Below are positions 41,975 to 54,296 of a stretch of 64,000 bases of DNA, piece after piece; within the stretch, counting starts at the first letter, position 1; every line of letters starts with the position of its first letter. The translations under genes were made by a program, and so were the position numbers. The stretch comes from Octopus sinensis. Lineage: Eukaryota. The stretch is from the NCBI RefSeq assembly GCF_006345805.1, contig NC_043009.1, positions 61,380,001 through 61,444,000 on the forward strand. The letters run 5' to 3'. The notes beneath the pieces were generated by a model, which saw only the letters and a list, made by a program, of their open reading frames with translations, was not told the DNA's origin and made no database searches.

Positions 41975-44900
41975 AATACACACACACACACACATTTATA
42001 TATATATAAATATACACACACACACACACATGTATATAAGATTATAATTTTCCAGACTAACTTTTGTAGAGATTAAATACCTTTCAATCTACATCTACCC
42101 TACGTTTCAATCGTTGTGACCTCCAGCTGGTCAGCAGATGTTTTATTCCTGAGATCTGTACATAATACCAGAATAAATTCACCTTTTCTTTTCAGAAGTA
42201 AAAGCAGTAATATTCTTATTTGCTAGGCTACTAACAGACAACCAAAAACTAATGTAAGTACTGAATATAAATAAAAAAATTTGTCACCTTTGAAAAAGTT
42301 TAACTTTACAATCCCAATAATTAGGGAGAACAGAGAGAGAAATTGCACAGGAGTTAAAAGTCCTTTATAGCTCACCTTATAGCAGTTTATGTGTAACTAT
42401 TAAGTTAAGGGCCTTTCCAAATCTATTACCATTTTTGCTGGTGACAGGAATGTATAGTCTGTCACTAATAATTCTGCCAATCCACCACTCTGTATATGTA
42501 TGTGTATATATCTATATCTATGTATATGGTGACATTCCATCGGTTATGACAACAAGGGTTTCAGTTGATCCAATCAATGGAACAGCCTGCTTATGAAATT
42601 AATGTGTAAGTGGCTGAGCACTCCACAGACACATTATGTCCCCTTAACATAGTTCCTAGGGAGATTCAGTGTGACACAGTGTGTGACAAAGCTGACCCTT
42701 TGAAATACAGGTACAACAGAAACAGGAAGAAAGAGAGAAAGTTGTGGTGAAAGAGTACAGCAGGGTTCGCCACCCCACCCCTGCCAGACCCTCATGGAGC
42801 TTTAAGTGTTTTCACTCAGTAAACACTCACAACACCAGGTCTGGGAATCGAAACCGTGATCCCCTTTTAATCTTCTCATAATAGCACTTCTAAGCTACTT
42901 TCTTGTCTTCCATATCGGTGGTGAATATGCTTTCCTCATTCTGAATAAATACACATCTCGTTTATGGGGAACGAGTTAAAATAAAATTACACATTAACTG
43001 GACTGACCTAAGGCAATCCTCTCATGCCGCTGGTTCAGAAGGAACCGTTATTGATGGAGAAGAGATGTAGGAGAGAGAATGAGAGAAGAACACTGTCTTG
43101 TTTCTTGTACTATTTCATAAGGAACTAGCAGTATCGCCCAGCGTTGCTCGGGTTTGTAAGGGAAATAACTATATAAGCATTTTTAGAGATGTAAAGTATA
43201 ATAGCCATCTCAATATGGCTAACCACAAAAGGGGGGGGGGGTTACTGTAGCTTTTTACGTTCTGAGATTTAATAATACATTTTTAGAGAGTTACTTCCCT
43301 TATATATGCCAAAAATGCATTAAAAATGGGAAAAATTGATGGTAAATTCTTTTTAAAATCGTAGACTCATCGTAGACGCGCGCTAATACCCAGAAGAGCT
43401 CAATATGAATCACGACTATAAGATACCCGGTTTTGGTTAAACTGCACCGCAAAATGTGGGAGTAGTTAGGAATCTAAATCGTAGGAGACAGACACACAAC
43501 TTCTCTTTTATATATAAGGAATAAATGGAACTTACAACTATCTTTCTTTTTCAATCGATATTTGTCATACATATCCCAATTAGAAACCTGTACACTGTGA
43601 TCCTGCAATGAAGAAAAAAATTCACTTTTTTGTAATAATATTCATTCTCATCATAAGCACAAGATCAGAAATTTGGGGGAGGCAATTAGAACTTTAGGTC
43701 TCACTGAGGAAATGACTAGAGACCGAGTCCTCTGGAAGTGTGCTGTGCGCGAGAAGACCCGGCAGGACAAGTGAGTCCATAACCCGTGGCCTTCTACTTG
43801 GGATGGAGCCAGCCTACGTATGCATACCTTCCCTTCTTGGGACACAAAACTCTACTTGTGAAGACCTGTTGAGGCAAGTGAGGATCAGAATCGAAATCGA
43901 TCAATGGAAATTGCAGATGTGTTACCAGTGCCGGTGGCATGTCGAAACTCTACTTGTGAAGACCCGTGGAGGCAAGTGAGGATCAGAATGGAAATCGATC
44001 AATGGAAATTGCAGATGTGTTACCAGTGCCGGTGGCATGTAAGAGAACATTCCGTTTCACGACCGTTGCCAGCACCGCCCCGTTTCGTGTCCGTTGCCAG
44101 CCTCGCCTGGCACATAAAAAGCACCATCCATTCGTGGCCGTTTGCCAGTTCTGTCTGGCACCTGTGTGGGTGGCACGTAAAAAGCACCCACTACACTCAC
44201 GGAGTGGTTGGCGTTAGGAAGGGCATCCAGCCGTAGAAACACTGCCAGATTTGACTGGGCCTGATGAAACCTTCTGGCTTCACAGACCCCAGTAGAACCG
44301 TCCAACCCATGCTAGCATGGAAAACGGACGCTAAACGATGATGATGATGATGATGATGATGAAAGTGAACCCAGTATTTGACAGATGCTTTATTTTATTG
44401 ATCCCTCCAAAAGGATGAAAGGTAAGGTTGACCCCAATAGGAACTGTACTTAGAATGCAAAGAGCCAGAGCAACAGTATTTGAACACAAACCATAAAACC
44501 AGAAGATACGCGGCTAAGCATTCTTCATCCAGCATGCTAATGATTCTTCCAGCTTGTTACCTTCAATCATATCAATACTAACGGTTTCAAATTTTGGCAC
44601 AAGGCCAGCAATTTCAGGGAGTGGGTAAGCCAATTACATTGACCCCAGTTTCAATTGGTACTTATTTTATTGACCCCCAAAAGGATGAAAGGCAAAGTCA
44701 ACTGCAGCAGAATTTGAACTCAGAACATGAAGACAGACAAGTGTTTCGCCCAGCATGCTAACGATTTTGTCAGATTGCTGCCTTAATTATAATAATAATA
44801 ATGATGATAATAAGTGTTACACATTCATATCTATGTCGTTTGCGTATGCCAAACTACATCCCCACTCTTGGCACTATTTTGTTAGTGAACAGTGCAAACT

Positions 44901-47900
44901 GTGTGTAAAGTATATAATGTATTACTACGCTGAATGTCGAGTCCGTGTATCATGAATAGAAAATAAACACGTAACAATAACAATGGTTTTCATTTGGTTC
45001 TCCATCCCATTAGAACCCAAAACACACAAAACATGGTGGCGTGATACATTATATACTTTACACACAGTTTGCACTGTTCACTAACAAAATAGTGCCAAGA
45101 GTTGGGATGTAGTTTGGCATACGCAAACACATAGATATGAATGTGTAACAATAAGCTTTCAGCTTCCACCTACTGAATCCACTTATAAGGCTTTGGTCAC
45201 CAGAGGTCATTACTTAATGCGCTATGCAGAGGGATTGAACCAGAAACCACATAGTTGGAAAGAAAACTTCTTAACCACACAGCCAATCTACTATAATAAT
45301 AATAACAATAATCCTTTCTACTAAAGGTGTAAGGCCTGAAATGTTGGAAGAGAGGGCTAGTTGATTATATCGACCCCAGCATTCAACTGGTACTTATTTC
45401 ATTGATCCTGAAAGGATGAGAGGCAAGTGGCTTCATATATGGTTTAATACATTAGGTCGTATGAAATATAAATGATTCCTCTTATTTTGCAAAACTAGGT
45501 GTGACCACGTCTTTCATTTGGATTTCTTTCATAAGGTCACCATATACCCTATCATATTGTAACTTTATTCCCATGTGCCCTTATCCCCTTTTCTCTCATC
45601 ACTATGTCCCTATTAAGTCATGAGCTTATCATATACCTATTTCATCATGTATCTATCTAACTGTGTACCTGTCTCATCATGCACCATTCTTATTCATAAA
45701 GTTACCATGCATCCTGATATCATGTACCCTATTATCTAGTACTCAATCATCATTTCCTTTATGTTGTCCATTAGGCCATCATGTATGGACAGTGTCATCC
45801 CATACCCTGTCATGTACCTTATCATCAAGTACTTTAATCACCATATACCCAACCTTAATCGTTAGGTCCTCATGTATATTAAATTGTTCGTTAACCCATA
45901 ATTATGTATCCCATCAGTACATACACAATTTCATTCTTAACCAGCATGTATGTTATAACTATGTACACTATATTATTTTCTAGATCATCATGTACCCTAT
46001 ATTGTGCATTTCATCGTGTACCCTATCATTATGTACCCCAGATTGTCATCGTTTACTCTACCACCAGGTGTCCTATATTGTTCATTAAGTAATCATGTTT
46101 CATCCATAAAGAAGACACTACGAAGAAAGGGTGAGTTGTACATGTTTTGTATAGAGTCAGAGAAATGAAAGAATAAGTGAGACACGGTAGAGGAGGAGGA
46201 GGAGAAAAGGAAGGAGTGATCGTGCACAGAGAATGGGAGGAGGAAAGCAGAAGTTGGAGTACAATCATCATCATCATCATCATCATCATCGTCTAACATC
46301 CATTTTCTGTGCTAGCACAGGTTGGACAGCTCGACCGGGGTCTGGGAAGCCAGGAGGCTGCACCAGACTCCATTCTGATCTGGCGGTGTTTCTACAGCTG
46401 GATGCCCTTCCTAACGCCAACCACTCCATGAGTGTAGTGGGTGCTTTTTACGTGCCACCGGCACAGGTGCCAGGGGAGTCTGGCAGCAGCCATGATCAGT
46501 TGGTGCTTTTTACGTGCCACTGGTACAGAAGTCAGTCAAGGCGGCACTGGCATCGGCCACATTCGGATGGTGCTTTTTACATGCCACCGGCACAGGTATC
46601 ATAACTACAATTTCCATTTGATAGAATGAAGGTAGAAATGAGGGGACCAGAAAAAAAAAGCTATTGCAGTGCCAGTGAAGGAGCATGAGAGGTGGCAGAG
46701 AAAAAGGGATGTTGAAATAGCAGAAAAAGGGGTCAGAGGGGACTAGATGTAGGTGAAGTTGTAAGTAGCAATGGAAGAAAGAAAGAGAGGAAGCAAATTT
46801 AAGTTAAGGTCCTTAGATGTTTAACCATTTTGTTATCATATTTTTGTTGAGATGCTCTGTGTTTCTTTCAATTAATTTTAAATATAACAAAGAATTTAGT
46901 AAAATAACTTACAGGGTGTCCATAAAGTCTCTTTACAATTAAAAAAAATTATTACAAAGGCAGTTGGCGAAATATTTTAACTAGGTTTGTTTTATTTTAA
47001 TAATTGTTTATTACAGTTTTTATTGATATTAAATTTTTGTGTTTCACATACTCTGTTGATGGAAGGGAACTGATTCACTGAAACCCTATAAAATGAGGAT
47101 GAAGCAATCCTCAAGCGAGTTTGTTTTAGTGACGAAGCGAATTTCACGTTTCAGGGAAATTAAACAGACACAATGTGAGAATCTGGGGATTAGAACACCC
47201 CTATGTGACTAGGGAGCTTCAACGGGATAGTCCAAAAGTGAATGTGTGGTGTGGAATCATGTGCAATCGAATAATTGCTCCATTTTTCTTCAATGAGGCA
47301 ACAATTACTGCAGATGTTTACCTCGACCTTCTGACCGAATATGTGGCACCACAACTGATTGATTTACAACCAGCCATCATTCTCCAGCAAGATGGTGCAC
47401 CACCACATTGGGGACGGTATGTTCGTTAGTTCCTCAATCAAACATTTCCAGACTGATGGATTGGAAGGGATGGGTCATTTCCATGGCCACTGCGTTTGCC
47501 AGATATCACTCCCTTGGACTTCTTTTTATGAGGTTATATAAAAGATATTGTGTATAAAACAAAGATACAGGACATTGCTGACTTGAAGCAAAGGATTCGT
47601 AATGCCATTGCCACCGTTGATGAGGCCATCCTACAGCGAACTTGGCAAGAAATCAAGTACCGTCTTGATGTGCTTCGTGCAACTAATGGTGCCCATATTG
47701 AGGTCTATTTAATAACAGTTAAAAAAACTTTAATAAACAATTATTACAATAAAACAAATCTGGTTATGATATCTTGTCAACTGCCTTTGTAATAAAATTT
47801 TTAAATTGTAAAGAAACTTTATGGACACCCTGTAGTTATCATTAAGTTAGTGTTAGGAACATAAATTGTGACTAAGGTTTGGTGGAAGATTTTAATTCAG

Positions 47901-50900
47901 AACTTTTGAAAACAAAACGTTTGTACTACAAAGTCAGGGGCAGTTTCAGGCAGGTTGGTCTCAAAAGGGTTAATAACATAAGAAATATATTAAAACAAAT
48001 CTCTACTAACCATATGTTTGATAGGTAGGGTCTGTACAAGCTTCAGTTTGCGGGGATCATTGAAAGTATTAACCCCCTTTGATACATAACGATCATTGCC
48101 AACTCTGTTCTTCACCAACTGAAATAATTCAATAAAAATGAAAAGATATTAAGGAAAGAACATAAAATGGTGTCCATAAAAAGCAAACAGGAATATCATT
48201 TTCAAGGTTGTCGTTAAATGCTAAATTGATAAAGCGGGTCTTTATTGAGAGTAGAGTGTTGATGAAATAGAGGTAATGGTAGAATTAAATAAAAAGTTAA
48301 GATGTTGATAAAAAAAATTTAATAAATACAACAATAATGAAATCGTTATTATTATTATCATTATTGAGTGAGAGCGCAGTGCATGCCATCAAAGTGACAC
48401 TGGGATAAAATATACAAAGCCCAGTATACCCATCATGACTACCCGTCTGATAAGGGTACACCAGGCACATGCATCACAACCATATGTGCGCGACATGGTG
48501 ATCTCATATCAAGATAAACAGCACATGACCTTGCAGATGGGGGCCCAGTTAGAATTTTCTTCCGGTCGAGTAGCCCATCCTGCTAAAAAGGTCCCTGAAT
48601 AAGGGTTGTTTAAGGATGATGGACAAAATACCCATGTTTCCAGAGGTGAATTATTCAAACCCCAAAGAATTCCTCTCAACATGTGGCTATGATGCTCCCC
48701 CATTACTTCTAATCTCAGTAATTCAGCCATTTAATAACAGGTAATATTGAGGGAATTTCTAGTCTAATAAATTTTAGCCATAAAATAATAGATAATATTG
48801 CTTTCAAATTTTGACCAGTTTTTGGGAAGTGGAATTAAGTTGATTACATTAATCCCAGCACTCAACTGGTACTTATGGTACTTATTTCATCAACCCTGAA
48901 AGGATGAAAGGCAAATTTGACCTCGGCAGAATTTGAACTCAGAATGTAAAGAGAGATGAAACACCGCTAAGGATTTTGCCCAGCATGCTAACTATTCCAC
49001 CAGCTCATCAATAATAGATGGTCAAAATCATCAACTAGAGAAATTTGGCCTTGAAGCAGCACAATGGTTTAGCTCAATAACTAGTTTCAGAAATTTAACC
49101 AAGCATTAACAAATGTTATTTTCCCAGTAACCAGTCTCAATAATTTAGCCATGCATTAACCCTTTCATTACTGTATGTATTTTGAGAAGCTCTGTGTTTC
49201 TTTCAATTACTTTAAATATAACAAAGAATTTAATAAAATAACTTAGTTATCATTAAGCTAGTGTTAGGAACATAAATTGTGGCTAAGGTTTGGTGGAAGA
49301 TTTCAATTCAAAACTTATGATAACAAGACATTTGTATTCAGAGCCGGGTTGGTAACGAAAGGGTTAACAGAGGATATTATCCAAATTTGGCCCTACAATT
49401 ATATGATGTCTCTTTACCTCATGATACATGGCATTCCTTTTCATAACCAGTTTTGCTTCTTCAGTATCTTGCAGAACACAAGTCGAGATTAGTTCAAACA
49501 ACATGAATGTCTCTGACTCTTTCAGATTTATGTCAACTTCCTTTGCTAAATCATTTTCTCTAAGAACTGTGGGTGACTCCGGTTTTTCTACAACAACTGT
49601 AAATAGAAATTGAGATTGATCTTGTTTTTCTCTTCATTTATTGTACAATATTAAAACTGTTCAATGCTTCTTCCCCACCCCTCACTCTGCAAGACCACAG
49701 GAAAGACAAGGTCATAAACCTGAACATTCGCTTTTTCTTGATGCAAATTTGTTACACTCAACTCATCAGAAGATTATCTCCAGCATACACTAAACAGGTT
49801 TGTTGTGCACAATGTGCACTGGTTGTTTGCTGGGCAGGGATGAGAATTAGCATTGCAAAGACTGAGACATTGGTCCTCTCTCGAGAGTCTTCCCAGTGCA
49901 TCACTCTTCAGTGGTAATGGAACATCACTGAGACAAGAGGAGAAATAGAGAATACCAAACAAGTTCCCTATGGATACCGTATTTATTACAATGAGTGGCT
50001 TGTAAACGTCTCTAACGAGCGAAATTGAGTTAGATACGTTTACAAGCCACGAGTTGTAATAAATACGGTATCCATAGGGAATGAGTTTGGTATTTTATTT
50101 ATTACACACGAATAAACGACCATATTTTATTAACCCAATAAAACTAAATTCTTCACATCGTGTTGAAGCGCGCATAAATACAGCTGATTTCACGTCAGTG
50201 ACGTCACAATGTGTAACTGTAAAAGATGTCATGCCGCAGGAAGATAGTCCGACTTTATAGCGCTAAGTTTTCAGGTGAAATGACTGATAACTGATGACTG
50301 TTTAACATTTTGTTAACATTCAAGTTCACATTCAAGAAATACATAACACAGATTGAAAGTTTAGTTGTAACTTATGAATGACAAAAGTAGTGCCGTCACC
50401 GTGACCTCAGGTCATCACCATGGATTGACCAATCAGAAGCAGCGCTCGCAGTATCTGACATATGTTAGATACAAAAATATCTCAAAGTGTTCTCACTCAC
50501 ATGTGTGTAATAAGTTGATATTTAAACACAAATTAAATTTAGCCTACATTATTTACATTATTTACATTTGACAGATATTTGTCAGGAGGAATTCTTAAAT
50601 TAAAAGATTCTGCATGATTGACTTTAAGTGAAAAGAAAAAACAACATTAATGCGTATATTTAGGAGTGCTGATATAGACAGACGGGAGAATAAATACGTT
50701 GTGGATCAGAAATGATGACTTGGATAATAAATGTACAGAAGTTGGCGTTAGGAAGGGCATCCAGCCATAGAAACACTGCCAGAACAGACTGGGCCTGGTG
50801 CAGCCTTCTGGTTTCCCAGACCCCAGTTGAACCGTCCAACCCATGCTAGCATGGAAAGTGGACACTAAACGATGATGATGATGATGATGATGAAGTAATA

Positions 50901-53900
50901 CAAGCAAACAGTAAGGCTCTCAAACTGTAGTAACACAGTATCTCACCAATGAACCGGTCTGAATTGAAACTGCATACTCTCTATAGATAAGTCAGTATTG
51001 TAATGAAGCATTATGTCAACTCCACTTAAAGCACTCTGAACATTGCCACCCTGGTGCTTTGCATGATTCCCTTAACACTTCATATTTTGGGGTCTTCTTT
51101 CAGGTGTCTGCTCCATAACGCACTCTCAGTGTGCCATGCACATGTGTGTTTGTAATATACTGTATTATTACACACATGTGAGTGAGAACACTTTGAGATA
51201 TTTTTGGATCTAACATATGTCAGATACTGCGAGCGCTGCTTCTGATTGGTCAATCCATGGTGATGACCCGAGGTCACGGTGACAGCGCTGCTTCTGATTG
51301 GTCAATTCGTGGTGATGACCCGAAGTCACGGTGACGGCACTACTTTTGTCATTCATAAGTTACAACTAAACGTGAAGAATTTAGTTATTGGGTTAATAAA
51401 ATATGGTCGTTTATTCGTGTGTAATAAATAAAATACCAACTCGTGGCTTGTAAACGTATCATCCATAGGGAACTCGTTTTGTATTCTCTATTTATATAAG
51501 GTGGCCAAACTGGCAGAAATGTTTAGCACGCCAGGCGAAATGTTTAGCAGTATTTTGCCTGTCTTTACGTTGAGTTCAAATTCCGCCAAGGTCAACTTTG
51601 TCTTTCATCCTTTTGGGGTCGATAAATCATGTACCAGTTGCATACTGATGTCAATCTAATCAACTGGCCCCCTACCCCAAAAATTTCAGACTTTGTGCCT
51701 AGAGTAGAAAAGAATATATATAACATCTAAGGTGGCGAGCTGAGAGAAACGTTGGCATGCCAGGCAAAATGTTTAGCAGTACTTTGTCTGTCTTTACATT
51801 CTGAGTTCAAATTCCGCCAAGGTCAACTTTGCCTTTCATCCTTTCGGGGTCGATAAATTATGTACCAGTTGCGTACCGGAGTCAATCTAATTGACTGCCC
51901 CCCCCCCCACTCCCCAAAAATTTTGGACCTTGTGCCTAGAGTAGAAAAGAATATATATAACATCTAAGGTGGCGAGCTGAGAGAAACATTGGCACGCCAG
52001 GTGAAATGTTTAGCGGTATTTCGTCTATCTTTACATTCTGAGTTCAAATTCCACCGAGGTCGACTTTGCCTTTCATCTTTTCGGGGTCAATAAATTAAGT
52101 ACCAGTTGCATGCTGGGGTTAATCTAATCGACTGACCTCCTCCCACAAAATTTCAGGCCTTGTGCCTAGAGTAGAAAAGAATATACTGTGTTGTATGATG
52201 ATAGTGTCTGTATATATTTTTATCTTTTACTTGTTCCAGTCATTAGATTGCGGCCATGCTGGGGCACCAGCTTGAAGGAATTTTAGTCAAATAAATCCAC
52301 CCCAGTACTTATTTTTTTAAGCCTGGTAGTTATTCTATCAGTCTCTCTTTTGCCGAACTGCTAAGTCACAGGGATGTAAACACACCAACACTGGTTGTCA
52401 ACAATTTTGAAAACAGTAATTAGTCATTACCATTGACACCAATAACCAGTGCTCTCTTATTCTAATAAAAAACAATAAAAATTTACTTTTTGTAATAATA
52501 ATCATTTACCACATAGGTACAAGATTAGAAATTTTGAGAGAGGTGGTTCATTGATTAAATTGACACATACTTTATTCATACATACTTTATTTGACACATA
52601 TTTTATTTCACTGGCCCCTCCAAAAGGATGAAAGGTAAAGTTGACCTAGTAGGAACTGAATTCAGAATGTAAGGAGCCAAGAGAGCCAAAGCAATAACAA
52701 CAAGAGCACCCAGAGAGCGCAAACCTCTGCCAAGGCAACACCAATGTCCTCTCAATGATTAACCAGAGATGATTTTTAAAATGAGAATATCTGAAATAAA
52801 CTCGACTGCTCTCACAAACAAAAATACAAAAAAGGAACCTGACCACTCTCAAAATTTAAGTCAAAAACTGGAAAAATAATCCCAAATCCTTGTCTGGTTC
52901 CGGTACCAAATCAATCCCAAAATCTAATCAGTTCATGCCAGTCATGAGGCCAAACATCCCTGAAAGTTTCATCTGAATCCATCCAGTGGTTCTTGAGATA
53001 TCTTGTCCACAAACAGACAAACAAACAAACACCACTGAAAACAATACCTCCACCTTTGCTAAGGTGGAGGTAATAATAGTAATAATAGTTTCAAACTTTT
53101 AGCACAAGGCCAGAAATCTCAGGATGGTGGTAAGTCAATTACATTTCCCCAGTACTTAACTGGTTCTTATTTTGCTGACACCAAAAGGATAAAAGGCAAA
53201 GTTGACCTCAGCAGAACTTGAACTCAGAAAGTAACGATGGATAAAATGACGCTAAGCATTTTGCCTGATGTGATAATGGTTCTGCTGGCTCACCACCTTA
53301 ATCCTTTAGCATTTAAGCAGGCTATATCCCGCCCAAATATTCTACATGTTTTTTCATTCAAACCAGCCATATCAAGCCTCTCACACCGAACCTATGCTGA
53401 CAGTCTAAAATAAACAATCACAATCACCTTGGCTGGCTTCCGTGCCGGTGGCACATTAAAAGCACCAACTGATCGTGGCTGATGCCAGACTCCCCTGGCA
53501 CCTGTGCAGGTGGCACGTAAAAAGCACCCACTACACTTGCGGAGTGGTTGGCGTTAGGAAGGGCATCCAGCTGTAGAAACACTGCCAGATCAGACTGGAG
53601 CCTGGTGCAGCCCCTGGCTTCCCAGACCTCGGTCGAACCGTCCAACCCATGCTAGCGTGGAAAACGGACGTTAAACGATGATGATGCTGATGACATCATC
53701 TAAACCTCAAAGTTATAAGATAATGTGTGATTAATTCAAACCAATTTAAATTAAGAAAGCTTTACATTTGATAGACAATTTGAATGCTAAAGGGTTAATA
53801 AAAACAGCAACAACAACAACTATAAAGGTGTTGGGCACTGCTCAAGGACTGTAGACAAACTGCAGACAGGAACATTTCTGCCAACTAGCTCACTACTGGC

Positions 53901-54250
53901 TATCCTGCAATGAGGGACTTCCAGTTAAGCAGGGAACAGAGACTGAGATGTTGGAGGGTCAATCGTATTCACCCTCCATTCAACATGTAGCTGAATGAAG
54001 TAAAAATAATACACTGACACACTCTTGTTACTGATTGTTTTTGTGTATAGCTTGACCAAGCTATAATGGTTTCAGATATTGGCACAAAAGATGGGGTAAG
54101 TCAATTACAATGACCCCCAGGGATAAATTGGTACTTATTCTATCAACCCCAAAAGGATGAAAGGCAAAGCCAACCTCGGTGCCATTTGGACTCAAAATGT
54201 AGGCAGACAAATTGCTTAGCAGTGTTAACAATTCTGCCAGTTCACAGCCT

Positions 54251-54296
<46 letters not shown>

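Noticed and set aside
49774-49962. ORF with DVPLPL after a good acceptor, resembling the DNAI4 DVTPxPL exon
   Set aside because: The true motif is exon 58024-58110. Splicing from the upstream phase-1 donor hits a stop after six codons, and no good donor follows. At most it is a cryptic or poison exon.
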